IMG/VR virus record: IMGVR_UViG_3300030104_004723 | Coordinates: 1-52,768 of that record | Origin: a virus | Lineage: Duplodnaviria; Caudoviricetes | DNA: 52,768 nt | Reading direction: 5' to 3' (one strand) | Part shown: piece after piece, positions 1-10,565 of the stretch | Numbering within the stretch: the stretch's first letter is position 1 | Layout: the number at the start of each line of letters is the position of its first letter | The notes under the pieces: generated by a model | The model's input: only the letters and a program-made list of their open reading frames with translations | Told to the model about the DNA's origin: nothing | Databases searched by the model: none | Position numbers and translations under genes: made by a program

Positions 1-1
1 T

Positions 2-400
2 GCAGTTGGTGTTTATTTTACACTAACAGGAGCAGTAGAAGATAACACTAAAGAAATTAACAATATCAAATCTATGGGTGATTTAAAAATTATATCTTAT
101 AAGCTAGATGAATATGACGAAACTTTCAAAGATTTAAAAGCATTATCTACAAGCTTAACACCTTTAGCAGCTGATTTAAGTTATATTAAAGAAGAAATCC
201 AAAAACTTAATTCAGAATTAATTAAAGTAAATAAAGAATTAAATAAATTAAAAAACAAAAAAATAGATATACCTGATATTGATTTATCAGGCATTGATGA
301 TTGTAAAGATAAGTTAGATGATTTAAATATAAAGATTGGTAAATTTGAAGAAAGAGTAAAAAAATTAGAAAAACGTAACTCAGGAGGGGGTAGGTTTTAA
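2..400 (+). CDS. Membrane-anchored coiled-coil protein, 5'-truncated by the window edge
   Basis: The frame is open from base 2 (AVGVYFTLTGAVEDNTKE...), upstream of the listed ATG at 74; a hydrophobic segment is followed by heptad-rich helices; TAATG overlap with the next gene. Confidence 0.6.
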   Translation, partial: AVGVYFTLTGAVEDNTKEINNIKSMGDLKIISYKLDEYDETFKDLKALSTSLTPLAADLSYIKEEIQKLNSELIKVNKELNKLKNKKIDIPDIDLSGIDDCKDKLDDLNIKIGKFEERVKKLEKRNSGGGRF

Positions 401-1602
401 TGTGGGATGATGAAGATAAAGTAGGTCTTGTTAGTCAAATACAAAATATAGAAAAAGATTTAGATGAATGGATGAAGGGTTTACCAAGTAAAGGCAGAAC
501 AGATTTTTCATCTGGTATGTATGGTCTTAGTGCAGCTCCATGGAGTACTGCTCAAAACTATAATCAACTTAAAGAAATTAAAAAAAAGGCAAGTGATTTT
601 AAAAGTTTAATAATGGCAGGTACAATACTTGATGATGAAGGAGAAGATAAATATGGTAATATTATAAGTAGGAACGATTTAACTCCGTATGGAGGTAAAT
701 TTTTAAGTAAGTATAAGAAACAATTACTTTTTGATAATAATGAACGTAGTGAAGAACCTCTTTTAGATGTAAAAGATATAGTTAAAAATATTAAAGGCTC
801 ACAAGAAGGTAGAGGTGTTCGTGATTTTCAAGATACAGGTTGGGCTTTAGCAGGTTCTGACTTAAATAGCAGAAGTAACTCAAAGCTTAAATCTGCAATA
901 CAAGAAAGACTTTGGCTTGATTTAAATCCAGCAGAAAGAATGGATAGATTAAAAAATGATAAACATTTAGGGGTAGCGACATATTATGACGGTCATAATA
1001 TACCTTATGAAGTGGACCATGCAGAAGAAATGCGTATTCAAGATGAAAATGAAAATTTCATGATAGAGAGATTTGCTGAAAAATTCCCTAATGAATATTT
1101 AGATTTTATTACAAACGAAAGAGAATCAATGCAGCAATATATAAATGAAACTGACCCAATGGGAGAAGGGATTGGAAGCTGGAATGAAAGAGGGCAGGCA
1201 ACAACTGGATTTCACGAACCTAGTGTTGTTTCAGGTCATTTAGTATCAGGATATGGAAAAGGTAAATATGGGGAAGATGACAGGATAGGCAAATCTTTTT
1301 ATGTGCCAGGTCCTACTGAAATAAATGAGGAAACGGGTGAAGAAAAACCTACTCGAACTATTGAAACTGAACGTGCTAATTATCATCAAGATTTATATAA
1401 AAAATGGAAAAAAAACAAACCTGTAAATACAAGTGATTCTACTGAATCTAAATCTAATTATGATGTTGAAAAAGCTGCAATGGTTTTAAGTCCTGATATG
1501 AAACAAACTTTACATACTAGCCTTGATGAATTAGGGAGAAGGAGAGAAGAAATTTTGTCAGGAATACAATATACATTAAGTAACTTAGAAGGGTTTATGT
1601 AA
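400..1602 (+). CDS. Hypothetical protein (400 aa, acidic)
   Basis: Long ORF with TAATG coupling at both ends; no recognised motif. Confidence 0.6.
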   Translation: MWDDEDKVGLVSQIQNIEKDLDEWMKGLPSKGRTDFSSGMYGLSAAPWSTAQNYNQLKEIKKKASDFKSLIMAGTILDDEGEDKYGNIISRNDLTPYGGKFLSKYKKQLLFDNNERSEEPLLDVKDIVKNIKGSQEGRGVRDFQDTGWALAGSDLNSRSNSKLKSAIQERLWLDLNPAERMDRLKNDKHLGVATYYDGHNIPYEVDHAEEMRIQDENENFMIERFAEKFPNEYLDFITNERESMQQYINETDPMGEGIGSWNERGQATTGFHEPSVVSGHLVSGYGKGKYGEDDRIGKSFYVPGPTEINEETGEEKPTRTIETERANYHQDLYKKWKKNKPVNTSDSTESKSNYDVEKAAMVLSPDMKQTLHTSLDELGRRREEILSGIQYTLSNLEGFM

Positions 1603-2657
1603 TGAGATATGAAAGAATTATATGTAATTTGGTTGCGTATGTTGGTTTACTTTTTGGTGGGCTATTTGATAACTCGACTTTATATGTGTCTGGCACAATG
1701 GGTACACCCTATGTAAAAGGTAATGTAGAATTTGAAGATGATTATAAATACAATATAGGATTAAGAAAAATAGCTTTATTCCCATATCAATCTTCAAAAA
1801 GATTTTATAAAGGTGATGAAAAAGCATTAAGTGATAATGCTATATTTGGAGCAGTAAAAGGATTAGAGTATTCTGTTTCTGCCTCACTAATAAGAAATAG
1901 AGGACATGAATTTGTTGATGAAGATTATTGGGTAAAATGGTCTAATAAAAGTTTTATAACAAAGTTAAAGTATTTAAATAAAGAAAGTAGAGATTTGCAA
2001 TTTGCATCTTATGATGCTAGATATAAATTAGAATTAGGACCTGCAATATTTTCTTTAGGTGGTAATATTATGGGACATCCTGTATATGGGCATCCAGCTT
2101 ATGAAGATTATGAAGACCCTTGGTGGTATCTAGCTTATGATTATGGGTACACAGATTACTTAGTCCCTTTGCATGATTTAAATGGAAACGAAGAAATTGA
2201 TAGTTATTATATATGGATTGAAACTGACCCTGTTACTGAAGAAGGTTATTGGGAAATGTTTTATGAAGAAGCTAGTTATTATTGGGAGAACTCTGACTCC
2301 GTTGCAGTTGCATACTCTGATTCAGAGTTTTATGAATATTATATGCCCGATATAATAAGACAGTATAACGAAGATAATAAAATTAAAGAATGGCAAGCAG
2401 AAGCTAGCATAGTAGTAGGGTTAGATTTTTATATAGGGAATAACAATTATTATTCTCATATTTGGGTTAATTCATTTTTATCACCTGTTGGTTTGACAGA
2501 CAAGTCTTACGATAAAGATGAAGAGCAATATGACATTGGAGCTCTGGTTGGAGCAAATTTAAATGAACATATTGGGGTATTTTTAGAGGGTAATAAATTA
2601 AAATATTATGGTAGAGAAGAATTTTCAGCTACCATAGGAATGAATTGGAGATTCTAA
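1602..2657 (+). CDS. Putative outer-membrane beta-barrel protein
   Basis: N-terminal signal-like hydrophobic stretch, amphipathic beta-strands, C-terminal beta-signal FSATIGMNWRF ending in Phe. Confidence 0.6.
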   Translation: MRYERIICNLVAYVGLLFGGLFDNSTLYVSGTMGTPYVKGNVEFEDDYKYNIGLRKIALFPYQSSKRFYKGDEKALSDNAIFGAVKGLEYSVSASLIRNRGHEFVDEDYWVKWSNKSFITKLKYLNKESRDLQFASYDARYKLELGPAIFSLGGNIMGHPVYGHPAYEDYEDPWWYLAYDYGYTDYLVPLHDLNGNEEIDSYYIWIETDPVTEEGYWEMFYEEASYYWENSDSVAVAYSDSEFYEYYMPDIIRQYNEDNKIKEWQAEASIVVGLDFYIGNNNYYSHIWVNSFLSPVGLTDKSYDKDEEQYDIGALVGANLNEHIGVFLEGNKLKYYGREEFSATIGMNWRF

Positions 2658-4931
2658 ATGAATAAAAAAGCACAAGTGGTTCATGATATATATAATTATT
2701 CTAAAATTGATGATAGAATACAATGGGAATATATAAATCAAAAAGGATGTGACTTTGCTAATGACAACCAACTTACATCAGAAGAAAAAGTAGCTTTAGA
2801 AGAACAAGGTATGCCTACGTTTACTATTAATAGAATTATACCTGTAGTTGAGATGTTAAATTTTTATGCTACTGCTAAAACGCCTAGATGGCAAGCTATT
2901 GGAAATGAAGGTTCTGATTCAGATGTAGCTTCTGTGTTTTCAGACATAGCAGATTATATATGGCATAAATCAGAAGGAGATACTTTATTTTCAAATGCTA
3001 TTAATGATGCAGTTACTAAGTCTTTAGGGTTTTTATTAGTAACGGTAGACCATGATGCAGATAGAGGAATGGGTGAAGTGGTTATACAACAGCCAGACCC
3101 GTTTGATATTTATATTGACCCTAAAGCTAGAGATATTTTATTTAGAGATGCTGCTTATATTTTAATCCGCAAAATACTTCCCAAAGGACACCTAGTTCAA
3201 TTGTACCCTGACAGCAAACGTAAAATAATGGCAGCATCTTCTAATGAAACTGAATATGAAAATTATACTGAAAAAGCTCAAGACCATGACCAACATGATT
3301 TTGGCTATAAAGATGTTAGTGGTCAGAATAGTATATACTCAGATAAAGAAAAAGAATTATTAGAGTTTTTTGAATTATATGAAAAAGAAAAAATAGCATT
3401 TTATAATGTGTTTTATAAAGTACCTCCATCTAGGGAAGTTATAGCTCAAATAAAAGAACAAGCTCAAATAGAAGTTCAAAAAATGCAACAAGAAATGGCA
3501 GTAAAAATGAAAGAACTTCAAATAGAATTAAATGAAGCTGTTCAAGGTGGTAATATGTTGCCTGAAAGAATGCAACTAGAATTACAAAAAGAGCAAGAAA
3601 TGATGGACGCTCAATTAAAATCTTACGCTGCTGAAGTAGAGCATAAATTACAAGAAGAAGCATCTAAAGTAGAAAATAGTGTCATGTCTGAAGCAGAATA
3701 TAATGTTATAGCTAAAGACGAATCATTACTTAAAAATGTTGTAGATGCTGTTAAATTTCATGAAAACAGAATTAAATTATGTTGTGTTGTAGGTGATAAA
3801 TTATTATATGAAAAATATCTTCCTATAACAGAATATCCATTAGTACCGTTTCATTACAAGTGGACAGGAACCCCATTTCCTATGAGTGCTGTATCACCAT
3901 TAATTGGTAAACAAAAGGAAATGAATAAGGCACATCAACTTATGATTCATAATGCATCTTTAGGAAGTTCTTTAAGGTGGATGTATGAAGAAGGTTCTAT
4001 AGATACAGACTATTGGGAGCAGTACTCGTCTTCTCCAGGAGCTTTACTACCTATGAGACAAGGATATACACCTCCTACGCCTGTCCAACCATTTCAGTTA
4101 AACAATGCATTTTTTAGTTTAACTCAAACAGGAAAACAAGATATGGAATACTTAGCTGGTATATTTGCATCTCAAATGGGAGATACAGGTGCTACACAAG
4201 ATATGCCTTATAAAGGTATGCTAGCTATGGATGAATACGGAACAAGAAGAATTAAATATTGGTTAAAACATTGTATAGAGCCAGGGCTAAGACAAGTAGG
4301 AGAAGTTGTTAAAGAATATTCTCAAGCTACATATAAAGCTCATAAAGTATTTAGAATTGTACAACCCAATAATATTAAACAAGATAAAAGTGTTGAAATT
4401 AACGTTCCATTATATAATAACTTTGGAGAAGCTATAGGCAAATGGAGAGATTATGAAACTGCAGCATTTGATGTAAAAATAGTAGCAGGTTCTACTTTAC
4501 CAGTTAATAGATGGGCTTACTTAGAAGAGTTAAAACAATTAATGAATCTTGGAGTTGTTGACGATATTGCTGTATTAGCAGAAACCGATATTAAGAATAA
4601 AGAACAAATTGTTAAAAGGAAAAGTTTATATTCTCAATTACAAAGTCAAATATCTTCACAAGATGAAAAAATAAAAGACCAATCAGGAACTATTGAAACA
4701 TTACAAAGACAATTAGTACAAGCTGGTATTAAAAACCAAGTAATGAAAGGTTCTGTTGAGGTTAATAAAAAAGTTCAAGATTCTAAATCTGCTGTTTATA
4801 AAGATGAGTTAGACTCTAGAGCAATGCAGAAGGTTTTAAGAGAAGCTGAAAAGCAAGATAGTAAAAATAGATTAAAAAATAATCAAGAAAAACAAAAACA
4901 ATTTGAAAAGAATTTGGAAATGAACAACTAA
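2658..4931 (+). CDS. Portal protein (P22-like)
   Basis: 757 aa; PTFTINRI, DPFDIYIDP, YPLVPF and KQKEMNK segments and a C-terminal coiled coil typical of podovirus portals; precedes scaffold and capsid genes. Confidence 0.9.
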   Translation: MNKKAQVVHDIYNYSKIDDRIQWEYINQKGCDFANDNQLTSEEKVALEEQGMPTFTINRIIPVVEMLNFYATAKTPRWQAIGNEGSDSDVASVFSDIADYIWHKSEGDTLFSNAINDAVTKSLGFLLVTVDHDADRGMGEVVIQQPDPFDIYIDPKARDILFRDAAYILIRKILPKGHLVQLYPDSKRKIMAASSNETEYENYTEKAQDHDQHDFGYKDVSGQNSIYSDKEKELLEFFELYEKEKIAFYNVFYKVPPSREVIAQIKEQAQIEVQKMQQEMAVKMKELQIELNEAVQGGNMLPERMQLELQKEQEMMDAQLKSYAAEVEHKLQEEASKVENSVMSEAEYNVIAKDESLLKNVVDAVKFHENRIKLCCVVGDKLLYEKYLPITEYPLVPFHYKWTGTPFPMSAVSPLIGKQKEMNKAHQLMIHNASLGSSLRWMYEEGSIDTDYWEQYSSSPGALLPMRQGYTPPTPVQPFQLNNAFFSLTQTGKQDMEYLAGIFASQMGDTGATQDMPYKGMLAMDEYGTRRIKYWLKHCIEPGLRQVGEVVKEYSQATYKAHKVFRIVQPNNIKQDKSVEINVPLYNNFGEAIGKWRDYETAAFDVKIVAGSTLPVNRWAYLEELKQLMNLGVVDDIAVLAETDIKNKEQIVKRKSLYSQLQSQISSQDEKIKDQSGTIETLQRQLVQAGIKNQVMKGSVEVNKKVQDSKSAVYKDELDSRAMQKVLREAEKQDSKNRLKNNQEKQKQFEKNLEMNN

Positions 4932-4942
4932 TAATTTATATT
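4914..4942 (+). promoter_or_regulatory. sigma70-like promoter TTGGAA-17-TATATT
   Basis: 17-nt spacing upstream of the scaffold gene; near-identical element at 20593-20621. Confidence 0.55.
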
Positions 4943-4967
4943 ATGACTAAATATAAGGAGAAATAAT

Positions 4968-5858
4968 ATGAAAGACGACACACAAGGTAACCCAAAGGCT
5001 GTAAATGATGCAGTTCTTGGCTCCGATAGTGACGATTTCTTTGCTTCACTAGAGGATAGCGTAAATAGCTTAGCTAGTGAAGGAGATTCGCCAGTAGAAA
5101 CAAAAGCAGCAACCCCTGCAGAACAGGGCCCTGCTCCAAGTAATACTCAGGCACAAAGCGGTACACTAGATTCTGAAATTAATAATCTTAAAAAAAGATA
5201 TAGTGATTCCAGTCGTGAGGCACAAAATTTGAGAGCCCAACTTAATGAGTTGAAACCTTTCGTTCCTGTGTTAAACGCGATGAAAAAAGATGGTGGCTTA
5301 GTAAATCATGTTAGAGAATACTTTAATAATGGTGGGGAAGTTAATCAAGACATAAAAACTCAACTTAAATTAAACGAAGACTTCGTTTTTGATAATGATG
5401 AAATGATGAATGATGCTAGTTCTGATTCAAGAAAAGTTTTTAATGCTATGGTTGACAAAGTAGTTCAACAAAGAATTGGTGAAACTACTAGAGCCCAACA
5501 AGAAGAAGCAAATCATAGAGCATGGTCTAATAATTTAGACCAACAAGCTCAAGTGTTTATGCAGAAAAATAGTTTGACTCCTGAAGAATTTCAGAGTTTT
5601 GTTTCAGAAGCTCAACATAAATTTCAAACTGAAGGTATGAGTTTTGATGATATGTGGCTTATAGTTAACAAAAATAGAGCTCAACAAAATGTAGCTGCAT
5701 CTACTAAAAAAGATATGCTTAATCAAATGAAAAGTGTTCGTAATATACCTACTAGCCAGAGTGCAACAAATAATGCAGGAGTTGCGACCTCGCAGAATGA
5801 TAATGTTTTTGATGCACTATTAAATTCAGATGGAAACATCGAAGACTTGTTAGGTTAG
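4968..5858 (+). CDS. Capsid scaffolding protein
   Basis: Between portal and MCP; acidic disordered N-terminus, KRYSDSSREAQ coiled-coil motif; SD AAGGAG at 4955-4960. Confidence 0.75.
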   Translation: MKDDTQGNPKAVNDAVLGSDSDDFFASLEDSVNSLASEGDSPVETKAATPAEQGPAPSNTQAQSGTLDSEINNLKKRYSDSSREAQNLRAQLNELKPFVPVLNAMKKDGGLVNHVREYFNNGGEVNQDIKTQLKLNEDFVFDNDEMMNDASSDSRKVFNAMVDKVVQQRIGETTRAQQEEANHRAWSNNLDQQAQVFMQKNSLTPEEFQSFVSEAQHKFQTEGMSFDDMWLIVNKNRAQQNVAASTKKDMLNQMKSVRNIPTSQSATNNAGVATSQNDNVFDALLNSDGNIEDLLG

Positions 5859-5874
5859 ACACGAGTTTAGCCTG
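5851..5874 (+). promoter_or_regulatory. RNA hairpin upstream of the MCP gene (possible processing/stabilising stem)
   Basis: TAGGTTAGAC-ACGA-GTTTAGCCTG; 10-bp stem whose G-U pairs work only on the + strand. Confidence 0.4.
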
Positions 5875-5906
5875 ACTAAAATCAATTAATTAATTAAGGA
5901 GACAAT

Positions 5907-7427
5907 ATGTCAACGTTTAATGGCGACATTGTAAACTTAACGAATTTAGGTGTTACTGATGTAGCAGGCAACGGCCCTGGTGCTGGTACTGGTTTAGATA
6001 CTGGCGATTTAAGGCGAAAGTATAACTTTGGCGACAGAGTTTCAGAGCTTGCTATAGCACAAGACCCATTTTTTCGTTTCGTAAGCAAAGTAAGCAAAAA
6101 ACCAACGGATGACCCTCAATTCAAATTTACTGAAAAAAGGGATTCATACCACAAAAGATACGCGTACGTAGGTGCAGTATATGATGGGTCAGCATTTGAT
6201 GATGATTCAGATATGGCTGCAGCAAAAAGTGCAGGTGATACTGTAAAAGTACGTATGATAACTGATTATAAAAATTCAGGTAATATTCAAAATATCTTCG
6301 GAAATACTTCCCAAGAAATTAAAATAGGTGCTTCTGGCACAATGCCTAAATTTTTCTTACCAGGTCAAATAGTAAAAATACCAACAAATTCAAGTGCAGC
6401 AGGTAGTGCACCTGATGATTATATGTTGGCTAAAGTAAACGTAGTAACTGAATATGCAGGTGCAGGTTCATATAATGACGCTACTACAACAACATCAAAT
6501 AATCCTGACATGGTGCAATTAGATTGTACTGTTGTTAAAGGCGGTGGAAGATATTTATCAGCTACTGCAAGTATTGATGATGCAAGTACTGTAACACCAT
6601 CTGATGATGTTATTCATAGTGCTTTAGAACCAATGAGAAGTTACGTGGTAGGTTCTGCTCATGAAGAAGGAAGTGGATATCCTGAAACATGGAAAGACCA
6701 ACCATATGCAACTAACTATGGAAGAACTCAAATCTGGAAAACTTCAATGGCTATGTCAAACACAGCTCGTGCAACTTCATTAAAATATGAAGGTAACGAA
6801 TGGGCAAGAGTTTGGAAATCAAAGCTAGTTGAACATAAATGGGATATGGAATCTTCATTGTTATTTGGTTCTCAAAGTGATGACTACTATACTACTCAAG
6901 GTGCTGTAGATTATATATTAACATACGGTAACCAGTTTAGCTTAGATACAGCTACTAAAACTGCTGATGATTTCTTGGATGATATGTCTAATTTCTTAGA
7001 CCCAAGATATAACAACGGTGGTGCAACAGTATATTTCTGCGATACAGCAACATATAACTGGATGCATAAACTTGGTGGCTACTTTAAGAATAATCTAGAA
7101 ATATCTTCAAACTTTAGAGCTGATTTTGCTATGACTGGCAAGAAAAAAGTTCTTGGTGTAGATATTACTACATTCTCAACACCTTATGGTGATATGAATG
7201 TGGCTAGAAATATTCACTTAGATGGTACTAATGTTAAATTACTTGGTATAAACATGAAGAATTGTGCTTACAGACCGTTAGTTGGTAATGGTTTAAATAG
7301 GGACACTTCAGTCTACGTTGGTGTGCAAACACTTGAAAACTCTGGGGTCGACAGAAGAGTAGATTTAATCTTAACAGAAGCTGGGATGGAATGGTCAATG
7401 CCTGAATCTCATGCGGTCTGGAAATAG
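5907..7427 (+). CDS. Major capsid protein (HK97 fold, DUF5309/SU10-like)
   Basis: NYGRTQIWKTS, EHKWDMESSLLFG, TPYG and DLILTEAGME segments; follows scaffold; SD AAGGAG at 5896-5901. Confidence 0.88.
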   Translation: MSTFNGDIVNLTNLGVTDVAGNGPGAGTGLDTGDLRRKYNFGDRVSELAIAQDPFFRFVSKVSKKPTDDPQFKFTEKRDSYHKRYAYVGAVYDGSAFDDDSDMAAAKSAGDTVKVRMITDYKNSGNIQNIFGNTSQEIKIGASGTMPKFFLPGQIVKIPTNSSAAGSAPDDYMLAKVNVVTEYAGAGSYNDATTTTSNNPDMVQLDCTVVKGGGRYLSATASIDDASTVTPSDDVIHSALEPMRSYVVGSAHEEGSGYPETWKDQPYATNYGRTQIWKTSMAMSNTARATSLKYEGNEWARVWKSKLVEHKWDMESSLLFGSQSDDYYTTQGAVDYILTYGNQFSLDTATKTADDFLDDMSNFLDPRYNNGGATVYFCDTATYNWMHKLGGYFKNNLEISSNFRADFAMTGKKKVLGVDITTFSTPYGDMNVARNIHLDGTNVKLLGINMKNCAYRPLVGNGLNRDTSVYVGVQTLENSGVDRRVDLILTEAGMEWSMPESHAVWK

Positions 7428-7437
7428 GGGGTAAATT

Positions 7438-8040
7438 ATGGCGAATCCAATGTATGGTCAAAATAAATTTGACTCTCAATTAAGCCAAGGATATTTAGAC
7501 TTTGTGTCTGGATATCAAGGTAACTTAACTGCTACAGGGATAGACATTACTCAAGCTGAATGTGTTGCTGCTGTAAAAGGCGGTGATGAAACATTAGCCG
7601 AAGTTGATGCTGCGACTCTTATTGCAAATGCTGTAAATACACATGCTGGTACAGCTGCTGCTGCGGGTTCATGCTACCTTCCTCCTGCTACTCAAGGTAC
7701 TCATCTTGTGTTAGAAATTACAGGAGATATGGATGAAGCTAATGCTCAAACAATCCATTGTAACAATTCAGTTGGTACTGTAAAACCTGTTGGCAATGTT
7801 TTTGCTAAACAAATTATAGGCAGTTTAAATGGAGCGACAGCTCTACCGATTGAAACAGCTGGTGATAACATAACTCCAACTTCTCAGAACTTAATATATA
7901 CTGCTGCTGCAGCTAATACTAATGCTCTTGGAGCTGGAAGTGTTATCCACTTTTACTGTCCAGTTGATGGTCAATGGCTAGTTAAAATTAACTTTATTCC
8001 TGAAGGTACTGGTGCTACTGGTGCTTTCACAGTAAGTTAA
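7438..8040 (+). CDS. Capsid decoration/auxiliary protein
   Basis: Directly after MCP, Ala/Gly/Thr-rich; resembles the next ORF. Confidence 0.55.
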   Translation: MANPMYGQNKFDSQLSQGYLDFVSGYQGNLTATGIDITQAECVAAVKGGDETLAEVDAATLIANAVNTHAGTAAAAGSCYLPPATQGTHLVLEITGDMDEANAQTIHCNNSVGTVKPVGNVFAKQIIGSLNGATALPIETAGDNITPTSQNLIYTAAAANTNALGAGSVIHFYCPVDGQWLVKINFIPEGTGATGAFTVS

Positions 8041-8051
8041 GGAGGTACATT

Positions 8052-8477
8052 ATGGCTAAATTAGGCGGTCAAGCTGGATATGGTTTAGGTCACTTCGTTG
8101 AAAACGTAGCGGCTGCTAAAACACTTACTACTGGTGACAGTGGAAAGGTTTTTACTATAGACCAAGATGCTAGTTTTGCAATAACATTACCTAAAGCTGC
8201 AGATGCTGGCGTTGGCTGGCATGCGAAGTTTATTTTAACTGATGCTGGTACTAATTCAGTTACAATAATACCAGATAGTAGTGAAGATACTCTAATTGGA
8301 ATGGTTGTTTCAGCTGCAGGTTCTGAAGCTGGAGCACAATCATCTGAATCTGGAGTAGATGTAATTGACTTTATTAACGGTGCAGCTCCTGGTGACTGGG
8401 TTGAATTATTTTGTGATGGCAGTAACTTTTATGTTTCTGGCATGATTCATGATTCAGACCATGTTACTATAAGCTAG
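8052..8477 (+). CDS. Capsid decoration/auxiliary protein
   Basis: KTLTTGDSGKVF, ITLPKA and GDWVELFCDGSNFYV pattern of small beta-rich virion proteins; SD AAGGAGG. Confidence 0.6.
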   Translation: MAKLGGQAGYGLGHFVENVAAAKTLTTGDSGKVFTIDQDASFAITLPKAADAGVGWHAKFILTDAGTNSVTIIPDSSEDTLIGMVVSAAGSEAGAQSSESGVDVIDFINGAAPGDWVELFCDGSNFYVSGMIHDSDHVTIS

Positions 8478-8493
8478 TAAGCAAATAAATAAC

Positions 8494-8537
8494 GAGCCTG
8501 CCTGTTCTTGGTTGTTTCTCCAAAAACGGGTAGGCTC
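8494..8537 (+). terminator. Long intergenic stem-loop (terminator or processing site)
   Basis: GAGCCTGCCTGTT...AACGGGTAGGCTC closes the capsid gene block; no + strand U-tract follows. Confidence 0.5.
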
Positions 8538-8559
8538 AAAACTAAGGAGATTTTAATTA

Positions 8560-9480
8560 ATGGCAACATTAACAGTAACACACACCGAGAAACTAACTTT
8601 AAATGGTGCATCTCAAGGCGGAACTACTACTTCTACACACACAGGTATTAATGATGTTTACAAAAGAATATTAGAGGTTCCTTCAACAGAAATAACTTTA
8701 TATACAACAAGTGCATCTGCTGTTGGTGGTTCTCAGTTTGAAAGTGATTTAATGGAATACGTTAGAATAACTAATTTAGATTCAGCAAATGCCGTAACTA
8801 TTATTATGGATGCTGGAGATGAAATGGCTTATAAAATACCTGCTGGCGATTCATTTATAATTACTAACCATGAATCTAGTTGGGAAGGAACAGCTAGTGG
8901 TGCTGACGTATCAGTAACCGATGGTACGGCAGCTATATATAGATACACTATAACAGATGGAGATGCTGCTCATGGAATGACAGAAAAACAAGCTGTTACT
9001 ATTGTAGATTCTAAATCTTTATCAAAAAAATATGTTTTAACTTTTACTGATTCTGGAGGAGTAGCAACAGGAACTGTGTTAGCTTCTGATTCTGATACTG
9101 GTGCTGGAACAGCTGGTTCTAGTAATGTTGGAGGTATTGCTGTTGGAATAAATAGCAGTAGTGGTACTCAAGCTGATTATCTAACTCAACTTAAAGCGGC
9201 TATAGAGCATGCTAATGGACATGGAGGTTCTAGCTTTTCTGTTGGTTCTGTTTCTGGAACAGGTGATGGAGCACAAACTTTAGATGTAACTTCTGTATAT
9301 AAAGGAACTAGTGGGAATAATTTACCAACTGAAGATGTAGCTAATTTAGCAATAGCACAACAAACAGCTGGAGTAGATGCAGTAGTTGCAGGTTTGTCTA
9401 CAGTAACAACAATAAATGCTATTTCTGAAACATCATCTAGTGCTGGTTCAAAAGTAGAACTATTTATAGCGAGTAAATAA
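8560..9480 (+). CDS. Virion structural protein
   Basis: Ser/Thr/Gly/Ala-rich beta protein in the structural operon; SD AAGGAG. Confidence 0.6.
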   Translation: MATLTVTHTEKLTLNGASQGGTTTSTHTGINDVYKRILEVPSTEITLYTTSASAVGGSQFESDLMEYVRITNLDSANAVTIIMDAGDEMAYKIPAGDSFIITNHESSWEGTASGADVSVTDGTAAIYRYTITDGDAAHGMTEKQAVTIVDSKSLSKKYVLTFTDSGGVATGTVLASDSDTGAGTAGSSNVGGIAVGINSSSGTQADYLTQLKAAIEHANGHGGSSFSVGSVSGTGDGAQTLDVTSVYKGTSGNNLPTEDVANLAIAQQTAGVDAVVAGLSTVTTINAISETSSSAGSKVELFIASK

Positions 9481-10562
9481 TGGCAAGTTTTGAAGCAAGA
9501 ATAGAAGCAATGACTCAAATAACAATTGAAAGTAGTGGAACAGCTCCAGACCATGGTGAGGTAACTGATTTTTTATTAGAAGGTATAAAAGATTTAACTA
9601 ATAAAATTATTAATTTAAGACCTGATGAAGCATTTAAATTTGCAGATGAAAGTACAGCAAGTGATGATAATGGCATAACAGTATCTGGTAAAATATTATC
9701 TGTAGTAAGAGAACATGACAGTACTTCTATATTAAGACCTTGTACTCCTATGTCTGCTGAATTAAGATATGAAGCTACAGATGTAAATAGTTTGCATTAT
9801 AAAAGTAAGTATAATCCAGGATTTTATATATTAAATAAAAAAGTATATGTAAGGCCTGCAGCGGCAGGAAGCGATAATGATATGAAAGTAAGCATGATTG
9901 ATTATCCAACTACAACATTTAATGCTAGTGCTATAACTGATTTTCCAGATGAATATGAGCATATGATAGTTATATATGGAGCAGCGCAATCTTGCTTAGC
10001 AGCAGCATCTGATATACATAATAATATGCCTACTAAACCTTCTGCTCCTACTATGCCTAATTTTACTCAAGTTGATTCTGAAATAGATTTACCAGAATTT
10101 CCTGTTTATAATCCTCCTAATTTTTCAGTTAATTTAAGTCAGCCAAGAAATTATATATTAAAAGAAGACTTTGAAACATCTGGTAAAATATTAGATGTAA
10201 TTAATAAAGAGTTTGATGCTTATGATAAAATAAATGAACAGCATAAAGAGATTTATAATAAAGAAGTTAAAATATTTGATGAAAAAATTAAAAACATATC
10301 AGGTAATAAAGATAGAGAATTTCAATTTTTAGCTGGAGATTATAGAAGTCAGATATATAAATATCAATATGATATAACACAATATCAATCTGAATTACAG
10401 GAAAAAATATCTTTATATAAATGGTATATGGAAAAATATATAAGTTTAACAAACGAATATAATAAGGGAATAGCTATGTCTATTACCCCTAAAGAAGCTC
10501 CAAAAAGAGAAGCTTCTTCGCAAGTAAAACCGCCAAAAGAAATTAAAGAAGAAAGAGGTTAA
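9480..10562 (+). CDS. Head-tail adaptor/ring protein
   Basis: KVYVRPA and DFPDEYEHMIVIYGAAQS pattern of podovirus adaptor (tail tubular A-like) proteins. Confidence 0.65.
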   Translation: MASFEARIEAMTQITIESSGTAPDHGEVTDFLLEGIKDLTNKIINLRPDEAFKFADESTASDDNGITVSGKILSVVREHDSTSILRPCTPMSAELRYEATDVNSLHYKSKYNPGFYILNKKVYVRPAAAGSDNDMKVSMIDYPTTTFNASAITDFPDEYEHMIVIYGAAQSCLAAASDIHNNMPTKPSAPTMPNFTQVDSEIDLPEFPVYNPPNFSVNLSQPRNYILKEDFETSGKILDVINKEFDAYDKINEQHKEIYNKEVKIFDEKIKNISGNKDREFQFLAGDYRSQIYKYQYDITQYQSELQEKISLYKWYMEKYISLTNEYNKGIAMSITPKEAPKREASSQVKPPKEIKEERG

Positions 10563-10565
10563 TAA

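Noticed and set aside
7420-7440. Readthrough or frameshift extension of the major capsid protein
   Set aside because: The next ORF is in a different frame with its own GGGGG SD-like site, and no slippery heptamer is evident
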